Shown here: in pieces, positions 19,270 through 29,924 of the stretch
Numbering within the stretch: the first letter of the stretch is position 1
How the letters are laid out: every line of letters starts with the position of its first letter
From: Obrimoposthia wandeli
Taxonomy: Eukaryota
Direction of reading: 5' to 3'
Assembly (NCBI GenBank): GCA_977020255.1
Contig: CDROCS010004052.1
Coordinates: 1 to 64,000 of the forward strand
DNA length: 64,000 nt
The notes under the pieces: model-generated
The model's input: only the letters and a program-made list of their open reading frames with translations
Database searches by the model: none
What the model was told of the DNA's origin: nothing
Translations under genes and position numbers: made by a program

Positions 19270-20694
19270 ATGCCCAACACATTCGCCCCTACTACGCAAT
19301 CAAGCGCGAGTAGCCCGCCCGTCAATAGCGGTTTTCGCCGCACTTTAGGCCTCGTATCACTACTCGCTGTCTCTGTGGGATTAGTTGTCTCGCAAGGGGT
19401 GATGGTACTGATGTTACAAGGTGCGGGCATTGCTGGTTTGGGCTTTATTATCCCTCTTATTATCGGCTATGTGCTGGCGCTGACTTATATCAGCTCTTTT
19501 TCTGAACTGTCTTTAATGATCCCAAGAGCGGGTGGCCTCAGTAGCTATACCGAGGTGGCTATTGGGCATTTTCCGGCGATTCTTGCGGTGTTCTCAGGTT
19601 ACGTTGTGGTTACTATGTTTGCAGTATCTGCAGAGCTATTGCTGGTCGATTACATTATTAACAAAATTTACCCTGGGATTTTCCCTAAGTACACTGTTGG
19701 CTTTAGCTTACTGGCACTCTTCACGTTATTAAACCTAAGGGGCATCGATGTCTTTGCCAAACTGCAATCGGTTTTAGCCTTTGTAATGATCGTTTTATTA
19801 TTAGCCATGGGCTTAGGTGCTGTTGGTGGTGTGGTTGAGCCAAAACCTGCAGGCATCGATTTAACAAGTAATTGGAATATGCTTGGCACTGAGGTGATTA
19901 CGTTAGTTGCATTGGCTATTTGGGGCTATGTAGGCGCTGAGTTTGTCTGCCCATTGGTAGAAAATGCCAAAAACCCGCAACGCGATATCCCTCGCTCAAT
20001 GACCATTGGTGTCACAGTTATTTTTGTCACTATTGCGCTGTACTGCCTAGGCGCACTCTATTATGTTCCCGCTGCAGATTTAGCGTCATCATCCCTACCA
20101 CATTACGATTTCGCCAAAGCAGCCTTTGGCGATGCAGGGCTTATTTTAATCGCTGTAGCCTCCGTCGCTGCTACTTGCAGTACGGTAAATACTTGTTTAG
20201 CGTCCATCCCGAGAATGCTCTATGGAATGGCACAAAATGGCCAAGTATTTCCACAGTTAAAAACACTCTCTAAGCGTACCAATACCCCTTGGGTTGCAGT
20301 GCTATTTGTCGCTGCCATTACTGGTATCCCTATGGTGTTACTCGCCGACCAGCCTGAATCTATCGGCTTACTGCTTATTTCTGCGGCAATTGCCTGGTTA
20401 TTTGCCTACATCATCACCCACATTAATGTTATTGCATTGCGCAAGCGCTATCCCAATATTGCACGACCTTACAAAACGCCTTTTTATCCGCTGCCACAAG
20501 TGGTTGGTATAGCTGGCATGTTATACGCAGTGGTTTACGCATCTCCTGCACCGGAGCTGAGCGCACAAATTTATGGTGCAGCTGGCGTCGTATTGGCTGT
20601 CGTGGCAATAATTGCTGCTATTTGGGTCAAACTGGTGATGAAGAAAAATCTGTTTACCCCAGAGCCGATCGAAAAAGCACTCGAGGCAAAATAG
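19270..20694 (+). CDS. APC family amine permease, HinA-like (candidate histamine permease)
   Basis: About 12 TM; GLVVSQGVMVLMLQG, FSELSLMIPRAGGLSSYTEVAIGHFPAIL and RPYKTPFYPLPQ, which I recall as close to the Pseudomonas HinA/PA0220 family. Confidence 0.82.
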   Translation: MPNTFAPTTQSSASSPPVNSGFRRTLGLVSLLAVSVGLVVSQGVMVLMLQGAGIAGLGFIIPLIIGYVLALTYISSFSELSLMIPRAGGLSSYTEVAIGHFPAILAVFSGYVVVTMFAVSAELLLVDYIINKIYPGIFPKYTVGFSLLALFTLLNLRGIDVFAKLQSVLAFVMIVLLLAMGLGAVGGVVEPKPAGIDLTSNWNMLGTEVITLVALAIWGYVGAEFVCPLVENAKNPQRDIPRSMTIGVTVIFVTIALYCLGALYYVPAADLASSSLPHYDFAKAAFGDAGLILIAVASVAATCSTVNTCLASIPRMLYGMAQNGQVFPQLKTLSKRTNTPWVAVLFVAAITGIPMVLLADQPESIGLLLISAAIAWLFAYIITHINVIALRKRYPNIARPYKTPFYPLPQVVGIAGMLYAVVYASPAPELSAQIYGAAGVVLAVVAIIAAIWVKLVMKKNLFTPEPIEKALEAK

Positions 20695-20828
20695 CGAGTT
20701 TTATACCGCTTTGCATCAGTATTATTAATGCTAAAGAGAAAAATTAAATATTTTATTTATGCCTAAAAAGTACCTAACGTACGCGTACTTAACTTGCGGC
20801 TAAAATTGACACTAGGAGCTAACTGAAA

Positions 20829-22223
20829 ATGTCCGACAATAACAATATCGATATGCAACAAGTATGGCAACAAGACAAAGACCACTACATTCATCCATGG
20901 ACAGACTTTTCTACCTTTAAAGAAACGGGGTCTATGATCCTTGCAGACAGTGATAATGTACATGTCAAAGATGGTGAAGGACGCGAGTATCTTGATGGTA
21001 TCGGTGGATTATGGTGTGTAAATATCGGCTATGCACGCAAAGAAATGGCCGATGCTATAGCAGAGCAAATCTGTAAAATCCCCTACTTCTCTAGCTTTGG
21101 TCATCACACAACGATACCGGCAGCACAATTATCTGCAAAATTAGCGGAACTGGCACCCGGTAATTTAAACCACGTATTTTACGGCTGTGGTGGCTCTGTT
21201 GCCAATGACACTGCGGTCAGAATCATTCATTTTTACTTTAACCAATTGGGTCAAAAGTCGAAGAAAAAGATTATCTCGCGCATTGATGGCTACCACGGTA
21301 GTACCTATATGGCGATGTCGATTACTGGTGTAAAGTTTGATCACATTGGTTTTGATATTGATAATCAATTAGTGCACCACATCTCTTGCCCTAATCCATA
21401 TCGCCGCCCTGATGAGCAAACAATTGCAGCATTTTGCGATGAAAAAGTCCAAGAGCTAGAAGATAAAATCCTCGAGCTAGGCCCTGACAATGTTGCCGCG
21501 TTTTTCGCAGAACCGATACTCGGAGCCGGGGGCGTTATTGTACCACCAGAAGGTTATCATAAACGCACTTTGGCTGTGTGTCGTAAGTATGGTGTACTCT
21601 ACGTATCGGATGAGGTAGTTACAGCGTTTGGTCGTTTAGGTCACATGTTCGCATCAGAAGATGAGTTTGGTATTGTGCCCGATATGATCACTTGCGCAAA
21701 AGGCCTAACATCGGGTTACTTGCCATTAGGAGCGACTATTCTCTCTGAGGATATTTACAACGTCATTAGTAAGCCACAAGCGGATGGTGCCATTTTTACC
21801 CATGGTTACACTTACTCAGGCCACCCGGTGAGCTGTGCAGCTGCTAATAAAAACATTGAAATAATGGAGCGGGAAAATATTTGCGGCCATGTTAAAGACA
21901 TGGGTGCTTATTTTGAAGCGCAAGTTAAGAGCTTAATCGATTTACCAATCGTCGGCGACGTACGCGGCAGAAAGTTCATGATGTGCATAGAAAATGTGGC
22001 TAACAAGCAAACTAAAGAGCTCATCGACTCTGATGCTAAAGTAGGTAATCGCATTGCAGATCACTGCCAAGAACGCGGCTTAATTGTACGCCCATTGGCA
22101 CATATGAATGTTCTTTCACCACCGTTGACACTCACTAAGGAAAATATAGATTTCCTAGTAAAAACATTACGTGAAAGTATTATAGCCACAACCGAAGATC
22201 TTAAAAAAGCAGGCTTCTTGTAA
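20829..22223 (+). CDS. Class III PLP aminotransferase, HinC-like (candidate histamine:pyruvate aminotransferase)
   Basis: YLDGIGGLWCVNIG, YHGST, SDEVVTAFGR, PLP lysine CAKGLTSGY and HGYTYSGHP motifs. Confidence 0.85.
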   Translation: MSDNNNIDMQQVWQQDKDHYIHPWTDFSTFKETGSMILADSDNVHVKDGEGREYLDGIGGLWCVNIGYARKEMADAIAEQICKIPYFSSFGHHTTIPAAQLSAKLAELAPGNLNHVFYGCGGSVANDTAVRIIHFYFNQLGQKSKKKIISRIDGYHGSTYMAMSITGVKFDHIGFDIDNQLVHHISCPNPYRRPDEQTIAAFCDEKVQELEDKILELGPDNVAAFFAEPILGAGGVIVPPEGYHKRTLAVCRKYGVLYVSDEVVTAFGRLGHMFASEDEFGIVPDMITCAKGLTSGYLPLGATILSEDIYNVISKPQADGAIFTHGYTYSGHPVSCAAANKNIEIMERENICGHVKDMGAYFEAQVKSLIDLPIVGDVRGRKFMMCIENVANKQTKELIDSDAKVGNRIADHCQERGLIVRPLAHMNVLSPPLTLTKENIDFLVKTLRESIIATTEDLKKAGFL

Positions 22224-22236
22224 TAAAGCGCCAAAC

Positions 22237-22260
22237 GCTCCCCTTTTATATGAGGGGGGC
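22237..22260. terminator. Hairpin between convergent genes (likely bidirectional terminator)
   Basis: GCTCCCCT...AGGGGGGC GC-rich stem between stops at 22223 and 22273. Confidence 0.5.
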
Positions 22261-22272
22261 TCTGCTAACCCA

Positions 22273-24627
22273 TTACTCAAACACCAGTGTTGATATCGCT
22301 ACCGGCTTACCCAGACCGTAACCTTGCAGATAGTTAATACCTATATTTTGACACTCACGCACTATCGCATCATTTTCTACATATTCAGCTATGGTTGCTA
22401 TTTTCATCACTTTACCCACTTGATGAATAGCCTGTACCATCGCTAAATCAATGGGATCATCCACCATATCACGTACAAATGCGCCATCTATTTTCAGGTA
22501 ATCAACTGGGAAGTTTTTTAAATAGGTAAATGAGGAAAGACCGCTACCAAAATCATCCAGAGCAAAGCTGCAACCTAATTTTTTTAAGCTTTTCATCAGC
22601 GATAACGCTTGAGGTAAATTGGCTATTGCCGTGGTCTCGGTTATTTCAAAGCATACTTGCTCACCTTGTACTATACCGTCTACAAAATGCTCAGCAACAA
22701 ATGCGCAGAACTGGGCATCCCCCAAGCAGGCGCCCGATAAATTGATCGCAACTTTAGGCCGGTATTGGCACTGTTTTTTTAACCAGCTAAACGTTTGGCT
22801 TATCACCCAACGATCTATATTGGACATAATCCCGTAGCGTTCTGCTAATGGAATAAACTCATTAGGGTAGATGATCTGATCATTGTCTGATACAAGACGA
22901 ATCAACACTTCATAGTGATGTATTGTTAAGGATTCGCCACAGACGATGGGCTGTGCATATAATGTAAATTGGTTATTATCTATCGCATCACTGATACGGT
23001 TTACCCACTCTAATTCTGCCTCTTTAACAGCCCCCTCTTCGTGTCTAAACACATGAATACGATTTTTCCCGCCTGCTTTGGCTTCATAGCAGGCAGTGTC
23101 TGCGTGGTGAATATAATTGCTAACCGAGTCTTTTTCGCGAATAGCAACAAAACCGATCGAGACTCCTATACGAAACACCTTTTCGTTCCAGTTGAAACGA
23201 AAGCCTTCAGTAACTTTTCTGAGTTGTTCTGCTATTTGCAGGCCTTTATGCAAAGAGCAATCATCTAATAACACGCCAAACTCATCTCCCCCTAATCGGG
23301 CGAGCAAGTCACTTTTGCGGATCTGCGATTCGAGTAGTGAGGTTAACTGCTTTAATAAATCATCACCCGCAGCGTGACCACAACTATCGTTGACTACCTT
23401 AAATTGGTCTAAATCCATAAATAAAAGAATATGCGATTTCTCCGCATTTCTTCGATCATCTATCGCCAATTGTAATTGCCGCTCAAATTCACGCCGATTG
23501 GCTAACCGGGTAAGTGGATCATGATTGGCGAACCATTTTAGCTCCTGGGTTAACTGTCTGGAACTAGTCACATCATGAAAAGCTAACACTGTGCCATGTA
23601 CTTTTTGATCGACCCCAATAATTGGAGCGGCTGAGTATTGAACTGCCTTTTCATCGCCTAACAAACTAATCAATAGGCTTTGATCTAAACTGTGCTGCAC
23701 TTCTTTTGTACTGATAGCCATTTGCGAAAAATCAGCGACTTGCTCCCGGCTTATTTCATGCAGTACTTTAAATACTTCACAAAGATTTTTACCTGCAGCT
23801 CCCTTATTAGTCCACCCCGTTAACCCCTCTGCCACGGGGTTTAGAAACTCAACCACGCTATCATTATCGCAGACAATGACCCCATCAATAATTGAGTTTA
23901 AAGTAGTAAGTGACTTTTCTTTTTCATTCCATAACTTTTGGTACGACTCTTTAGTATTCTGCTCTAATTGGTTAAACGCCTGTGCGAGTAGATCAAGTTC
24001 ATCAGGAGCAGAGCCACGCTTTTTGTGACGCTTGAGTTGCAGCGGAGCAGCATCCTTTTGAGGTTCAAAGCGCTGTAGACGCTCAAGCAGTTGATATAGA
24101 TGCCTAGAGACAAGGTAATGAAAAAATAGAATAATGAAGCCAGCAACAAGAAATGTCTTCAACGCATTACTGGCTAAAATAACCAACGCCTTTTCGATCA
24201 ATTGATCGTAAACCTCAGATAAATCAGCCAAAATCAACAGAGTACCGATGTTCTGATTTATACCTTTATAGCGATATTCAAGCGGCACACGTTTTTCTAT
24301 CACACTATCATGATCAGGACTGCCCGCTTGCCAGCGAACTTCGTCTTTGACCAATATGGCCAAATACTCAACGCCTTGTAGCTTTACTAAACTTTCTAAT
24401 TGCGTGCCAATTTGCTCATTATCAACCAACCAAACACTGTTCACTATGATCGGTAAACTGCTCACTTGGATTTCATACAAGTTATTATCAATAGCCTCCA
24501 CCGATTGGCGGTAATCAATGTAAAGTTGCACGGATGTGGTGAGCAGTGTCAGTACTGTGCTGAACATCACGACGCCCACAATTAATCGCTTTGCAATGAG
24601 GTTTTTTTTACTCAACCACTGCTTCAT
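22273..24627 (-). CDS. Membrane sensor - HAMP - PAS - GGDEF - EAL c-di-GMP enzyme
   Basis: Two TM segments around a periplasmic domain; PAS (IDGVIVCD...NPVAEGLTGW); HDPLTRLANR; intact GGDEF; EVLIR and DDFGSG. Confidence 0.92.
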   Translation of the reverse strand: MKQWLSKKNLIAKRLIVGVVMFSTVLTLLTTSVQLYIDYRQSVEAIDNNLYEIQVSSLPIIVNSVWLVDNEQIGTQLESLVKLQGVEYLAILVKDEVRWQAGSPDHDSVIEKRVPLEYRYKGINQNIGTLLILADLSEVYDQLIEKALVILASNALKTFLVAGFIILFFHYLVSRHLYQLLERLQRFEPQKDAAPLQLKRHKKRGSAPDELDLLAQAFNQLEQNTKESYQKLWNEKEKSLTTLNSIIDGVIVCDNDSVVEFLNPVAEGLTGWTNKGAAGKNLCEVFKVLHEISREQVADFSQMAISTKEVQHSLDQSLLISLLGDEKAVQYSAAPIIGVDQKVHGTVLAFHDVTSSRQLTQELKWFANHDPLTRLANRREFERQLQLAIDDRRNAEKSHILLFMDLDQFKVVNDSCGHAAGDDLLKQLTSLLESQIRKSDLLARLGGDEFGVLLDDCSLHKGLQIAEQLRKVTEGFRFNWNEKVFRIGVSIGFVAIREKDSVSNYIHHADTACYEAKAGGKNRIHVFRHEEGAVKEAELEWVNRISDAIDNNQFTLYAQPIVCGESLTIHHYEVLIRLVSDNDQIIYPNEFIPLAERYGIMSNIDRWVISQTFSWLKKQCQYRPKVAINLSGACLGDAQFCAFVAEHFVDGIVQGEQVCFEITETTAIANLPQALSLMKSLKKLGCSFALDDFGSGLSSFTYLKNFPVDYLKIDGAFVRDMVDDPIDLAMVQAIHQVGKVMKIATIAEYVENDAIVRECQNIGINYLQGYGLGKPVAISTLVFE

Positions 24628-24705
24628 TTAGACTCACTCAAAAGTAAAAAAACACATTGATTACTACTAAATATCAAGCTAATAGCCAATTTTTCCAGCG
24701 TATAC

Positions 24706-25446
24706 TTACTCAATTTTAAGGTATTTTTTTTGAATTGCTTCATATGTTCCATTGTTCTTTATCGTTTGTAAGCCCTCTTTAAATAGTGCGACCAAATGCG
24801 CATCGGACTCAGGGTTAAACGCCAAATACAGCTGATCTGAAAGTTCTTCTAACCGCAAGATTCGCTCAAACAATGCAGCATCTAAACCCTCTTCTTTGAC
24901 TGCATAGTTAAACGACGCCTCTTCGTAGGCAATTAAATCTATTCGATCGTTAACAAGTAATCGAATATTAAGCACATCACTGGACACTATTTTTAAAGCG
25001 GGAAACTGGTGTCGCTGCAAATAGGTCAGTGTCACATCGTTTAGTGATACGCCAATTTGATACTGTTTAGCTTGTTCAATCGAGTTCACTTGAACTGAGC
25101 TATTCGCCTTTAACTTATACAGTGACGTTTTATAAGGTGCTATTGCACCAACCCATCGAAATAAGGTCTCTCGTTCAGGAATTCTCGCGATCGAATAAAT
25201 CAAAGTATTTTTCTCATTGCGGGCTATTTCATAAGCTCTCGCCCACGGATAAAACTCTATCGACGCTGTTAAATTAACCTCATCTAACACTGCTTGCACC
25301 ACTTCACTAGACAGGCCTTTTGCCTTATCAGCAACTTCATAGTTATAAGGAGCAAAGCTTTCAGTTACAACTTTCAAGGGTTCGGCCTGTGCAGCGCTCA
25401 CAACGAGTAGTGAAAAAAGTAATACGATACCTATTCTCGTAACCAT
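24706..25446 (-). CDS. Orphan amino-acid-type solute-binding protein (SBP_bac_3-like)
   Basis: Signal peptide; VVTESFAPYNY, FYPWARA and LYLAFN motifs. Start ATG 25446 with SD GGAG. No adjacent permease or ATPase. Confidence 0.85.
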   Translation of the reverse strand: MVTRIGIVLLFSLLVVSAAQAEPLKVVTESFAPYNYEVADKAKGLSSEVVQAVLDEVNLTASIEFYPWARAYEIARNEKNTLIYSIARIPERETLFRWVGAIAPYKTSLYKLKANSSVQVNSIEQAKQYQIGVSLNDVTLTYLQRHQFPALKIVSSDVLNIRLLVNDRIDLIAYEEASFNYAVKEEGLDAALFERILRLEELSDQLYLAFNPESDAHLVALFKEGLQTIKNNGTYEAIQKKYLKIE

Positions 25447-26003
25447 AGAGCTAACTCCTAACGCGTTATTTGATACCAAATAAGTATAGCAAAGAAGAAT
25501 AAAAGTGCAGGTTTAAAAAGAAATTAGTGTCGCAAAAAATGAATAGTATTATTATATTTACAGACCCCTCATTATTGTTTATCTAAGGTCTTATCTACTG
25601 TGCCTTAGTTACATTGTGTTGATTTGACAAGATATTTTTATTTGCAATCGCTTTCGCCTAGTAAAGTAGAATACCGTAGCATGCGATGAAGCGCAGCGAG
25701 CAGCAGTGTATATTTCTTTTGTTCTTTACAACATCAGCTTTAAACATTTAACGGCTAACCTCTTCGGTTTAAATTGCACATACCTACCCATTACAATGGT
25801 GTAATCATAGCAACTTTATTCGCTTTTACAGCCTGGCATGATGTGGGTATTATCGACCAATCAACCCGTTTTTTTGCAGATATACCAACGCAAAGTAATA
25901 TACGAGATCTTGTTTTAACTATGCTAGAAAAGACACGCCCTAGCCCCGTTTGTCTTTTGAACTAAAATGTTTAGATATTTTATATGACAAAGTGAGCGAT
26001 ACA

Positions 26004-26615
26004 ATGAAGCCTAGCAAACTAATATTTCTTCCCGGTGCCGGTGGCGATAAAAATTTTTGGGCACCTGCCTCAAATTTAATTAATCATTCGGCGCAAAGAG
26101 AGTTTATTGAATGGCCTGGTATTAGTGGTGCACAAGAAAACCCTAATATAAAAAGCTTTGATGACTTAGTTGTGAGTATTACGGATAAAATTGACCAGCC
26201 TTGTGCCATTATTGCTCAATCTATGGGTGGTGTTGTAGGTGTTCTTGCTTTATTACAGCAACCAGAATTAATTACCCATTTAGTACTAGTCGTTACTTCT
26301 GGAGGTATTAATATAAGTGATATTCATCATGAAAACTGGCGTCTCGCATATAAACAAGAAAACCCCGCATACCCTGACTGGTTCACAAATTATACTGAGG
26401 ATCTTACAGATCAATTAAAAAAGATTAACATACCTGTGCTATTAATTTGGGGCGACTGTGATCCTATAAGCCCTGTGGCTATAGGTGAACGACTAAATAA
26501 AATATTTTTGGACTCTCAACTAGAAGTAATAAGTGAAGGCGATCATGCACTGGCAAATAAGCTTCCCAAAGTCGTTGCATCACTTATTAATAGTCATCTC
26601 AAAAAAGCGCAATAA
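26004..26615 (+). CDS. Alpha/beta fold hydrolase
   Basis: FLPGAGG oxyanion region, nucleophile AQSMGG, WGDCD and catalytic GDH. Start set at ATG 26004. Confidence 0.85.
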   Translation: MKPSKLIFLPGAGGDKNFWAPASNLINHSAQREFIEWPGISGAQENPNIKSFDDLVVSITDKIDQPCAIIAQSMGGVVGVLALLQQPELITHLVLVVTSGGINISDIHHENWRLAYKQENPAYPDWFTNYTEDLTDQLKKINIPVLLIWGDCDPISPVAIGERLNKIFLDSQLEVISEGDHALANKLPKVVASLINSHLKKAQ

Positions 26616-26684
26616 TCACAAAAAAACGATCACTATTTGTATATGAGTATCACTACCGACTGTTTAATTTAAGGTGAAAGACAA

Positions 26685-27230
26685 ATGAAATATCAATCCC
26701 ATTTTTTGCTGATGGCTAATTATAATTTTCGTATGAATGAACAAATTTTTGCAGCTTCCAGTCAACTATCTACACACACTCTAATTGCTGATAAGGGGGC
26801 ATTCTTCAATTCAATACTCGGTACGCTTAACCACATTATCGTGGGCGATTTAATATGGCTCTCTCGATTTTCTAAGCATTCACCACGATACAAATCATTA
26901 GCACAGTTAGCATTAGACTCTAAGCCCAAAGCACTCAATGAAATACTTTATTCTCAACTTGATTCATTGAAAACTAGACGAGTTGAAATTGATTTAGTCA
27001 TCAAAGAATGGTTACTCAATGAGGTAGATGAATCAGATTTCACAAAGCCACTAAAATACAAAAACACGAAAGGAGAAGCGAGTGAGCGAAATTTGGGAGA
27101 GCTTATTTTTCATTTCTTTAATCACCAAACACACCATCGTGGGCAAGTAACAACCTTGTTAAATCAAGAGAACATAGAGGTAGGTGTCACTGATTTTCTA
27201 ATCGATATACCAGATTTAGCACACAGCTAA
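26685..27230 (+). CDS. DinB family protein
   Basis: FFNSILGTLNHIIVGD and HFFNHQTHHRGQ metal-binding motifs. Confidence 0.9.
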   Translation: MKYQSHFLLMANYNFRMNEQIFAASSQLSTHTLIADKGAFFNSILGTLNHIIVGDLIWLSRFSKHSPRYKSLAQLALDSKPKALNEILYSQLDSLKTRRVEIDLVIKEWLLNEVDESDFTKPLKYKNTKGEASERNLGELIFHFFNHQTHHRGQVTTLLNQENIEVGVTDFLIDIPDLAHS

Positions 27231-27362
27231 CGTTTGCGATATAGCTGAAGTACAAAACAAAAAACCTTTATTTATCGACAGATTCAAGGACTGGCTATTT
27301 ATTGTTCCAATGTTAAAGTACTTTAAAATCATCTTAATATAACCTTTATTGGGGGCTTAACT

Positions 27363-27653
27363 ATGAGACTAGTGGCATATTTTACAGATAAAGAAGGCAT
27401 GTTAGCGCATCGTTTAAAAAATGAGGCAGCTCACATTGAGTACCTAAGAATTAATCAAAACAAAATTCCTATCGCTGGTGGGCTTCGACCAGAACCGAAC
27501 GGCAAGTTTGTTGGTGGTTTATGGATCATGGAAGTCGACTCTTTTATTGAAGCGCAAGAGATTATAAAAAACGACCCTTACTACGCCCCTCAATTACGCA
27601 GCTATGAATTACTGGTTTGGGGGAAAGCAATTGAAGGTGATGTTGTACTTTAA
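27363..27653 (+). CDS. YciI family protein
   Basis: AHIEYL, GGL..., GGLWI and DPYY motifs. Confidence 0.8.
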   Translation: MRLVAYFTDKEGMLAHRLKNEAAHIEYLRINQNKIPIAGGLRPEPNGKFVGGLWIMEVDSFIEAQEIIKNDPYYAPQLRSYELLVWGKAIEGDVVL

Positions 27654-27767
27654 GCTTCGCTACTCGCTAGAACAAGCTTTTCCATTTTAGCGATTCTATT
27701 GATAAAATTTTAAAGCAGTGCGTTGCATTGGAATATGGCAACATAGAGTTATGACAAAGGACAGTCT

Positions 27768-29435
27768 ATGAAAATATTGATTATCGGTGGTTACGGTGTG
27801 TTTGGCGGGCGGTTAGTAGAATTACTAGCCGATATGACTGACATAGAGCTTATCGTTAGTGGCCCAAACCTAGCTAAAGCACAAGCATTTTGCACAGCCT
27901 CTAAAAGTCAGGCAACAATACGGCCGCTACAGCTTGATCGCAAAGATATTGCCAATGTACTTAGTACACAGCGACCTCAGATTGTGGTTGATGCTTCTGG
28001 ACCATTTCAAGCGTATGGCACTGACTGTTACAGTGTCATTAAATCCTGCATAGCTGAGAGTGTCCATTACTTGGATTTTGCTGATGCGGCAGATTTTGTC
28101 TATGGCGTATCACAATTTAATGATGCAGCGAAAGCCGCTGGAGTATTTGTTTTGTCAGGGGTAAGCAGCTTTCCAGTACTGACGGCTGCTGTATTGCGAG
28201 ATATGGCTTTGACGATGGACATTGTTACCGTGCAAGGCGGTATAGCGCCATCTGTGCATGCTGGAGTGGGTCTAAATGTCATGCGGGCAGTCATCAGTTA
28301 TGCAGGAGAGCCTGTCACACTACAGCGCAATGGAGTAATAGGTGAGGGCATCGGTCTTGCAGAGAGTATGCGATATACTGTGGCTGTCCCTGGAAAAATG
28401 CCGCTTAAAAACATTCACTTTTCGCTGGTCGATGTGCCTGATTTACAGATTATTCCACCACTGCATCCCACGTTAACTGATATATGGATGGGAGCAGGCC
28501 CTCAACCAGAAACTTTTCACCGAATACTTAATCTTTTAGCGAAGGCGCGCGCCCGTTTTAAACTGCCTTCTTTAGTGCCGTTTTCAAAGCTTTTTTTTAG
28601 TGTTTTGAATAAAGTTAAATTCGGCGAACATCGCGGTGGCATGTTTGTCCATGCACAAGGCACCGCTAATGGTAAAACAATATCTCAAAGCTGGCATCTC
28701 TTGGCAGAGGGAGATGATGGCCCTTATATCCCATCAATGACGATAGCAGCCATTATTAGAAAATGCATTTTAGGCCAACAACCTGATACCGGCGCACGAT
28801 CTGGAGCCAATGCGCTTGAGCTTGCTGATTATGATAGGTTGTTTATTGGCAGAAAAATTTATACCGGCTTTAGAAGAGGTGAAAGCTCACCTTTACTATT
28901 TCGACATGTATTGGGGTCAGCTTACGACACTTTACCTGTAAAGGTTCAAGAATTACATAACACAACCGGTAGCAGTCAATGGAGTGGATTGGCGAATGTC
29001 AGACGCGGTAATAGCCTGTTAGCCAAAATAATCTGTGCTTGTATTCACTTCCCACAAGCTGCAGATAATGTGCCTGTTGATGTATCAATAAAGCCCGAGG
29101 GTAATCGCGAGCGCTGGACACGTAACTTTGATGGCAAGGTATTCTCTTCACTACAGCAGCGTGGCACGCATAAAAATGAATTTTTATTGGTTGAAAGCTT
29201 TGGCGTATTAGATATTTCAGTGGCGTTAGTAATAGAAGATGATCGATTATACTTTACACCCAGAAGCTGGTCTTGCTTTGGCGTTCCTCTCCCGAGGTTG
29301 CTTTTGCCCACAGGGCGTAGTTTTGAAACCGAGAAAAATGGAATGTTTTGTTTCAATATTGAAATCAGCGCGCCTATGATTGGTTTGATTGTTTCTTATG
29401 AGGGCAACTTAAAACGAGTATCAAAAACTAGTTAG
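27768..29435 (+). CDS. Saccharopine dehydrogenase-like Rossmann protein fused to a C-terminal DUF4166 domain
   Basis: IIGGYGVFG, VVDASGPFQ and YLDFAD at the N-terminus; LPVKVQELH and ERWTRNF in the C-terminal domain. Confidence 0.8.
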   Translation: MKILIIGGYGVFGGRLVELLADMTDIELIVSGPNLAKAQAFCTASKSQATIRPLQLDRKDIANVLSTQRPQIVVDASGPFQAYGTDCYSVIKSCIAESVHYLDFADAADFVYGVSQFNDAAKAAGVFVLSGVSSFPVLTAAVLRDMALTMDIVTVQGGIAPSVHAGVGLNVMRAVISYAGEPVTLQRNGVIGEGIGLAESMRYTVAVPGKMPLKNIHFSLVDVPDLQIIPPLHPTLTDIWMGAGPQPETFHRILNLLAKARARFKLPSLVPFSKLFFSVLNKVKFGEHRGGMFVHAQGTANGKTISQSWHLLAEGDDGPYIPSMTIAAIIRKCILGQQPDTGARSGANALELADYDRLFIGRKIYTGFRRGESSPLLFRHVLGSAYDTLPVKVQELHNTTGSSQWSGLANVRRGNSLLAKIICACIHFPQAADNVPVDVSIKPEGNRERWTRNFDGKVFSSLQQRGTHKNEFLLVESFGVLDISVALVIEDDRLYFTPRSWSCFGVPLPRLLLPTGRSFETEKNGMFCFNIEISAPMIGLIVSYEGNLKRVSKTS

Positions 29436-29924
29436 CGCTTTAGATGGCAATGACGTTAAGTCTTTTGCAATAGAACTAGACGCCACTCAAACCTCTTCAG
29501 GTTTTAAAAAAACTGATACCTCGTGTGCATAGTGCTAATACGATCAGGTTAATTCTAATTCATGACAACACACTAAAACGCCCTTGAGATTACCGCCGCA
29601 GCTATTTTCTAAATAGTGTAGGAGCCTTTCGGTAATCGTAAGTGGCCTTTTTATGTTCAGAATGAACGGTATTAGCAATGTATGGGATGGCAAAGAGCGA
29701 CTTTGGTTCGGCTTCTTTTGCCTACAGGAAGTAGGTAAGGGGCGATAGCAGGACGCGGTAGCTTTGGCCATCAAAAGAAATGAACTCAAGGAAGTCGAAA
29801 CCGGTTTTAATCTTTTAATTTAAATAAATCAGCTAAAGCTTTTTAAACTAAGGACACAACGTCAACCAAAGCACCCACAAAAAAATCGATCATGCATTAT
29901 TCAACATCTAACTGTTCATTTACA

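Noticed and set aside
25774-25965. 63-aa ORF upstream of the alpha/beta hydrolase
   Set aside because: TTG start, no SD and no recognisable motif; probably a remnant or spurious.
29544-29820. 81-aa minus-strand ORF, and a plus-strand protein-like scrap with an internal stop
   Set aside because: No family recognised in either orientation.
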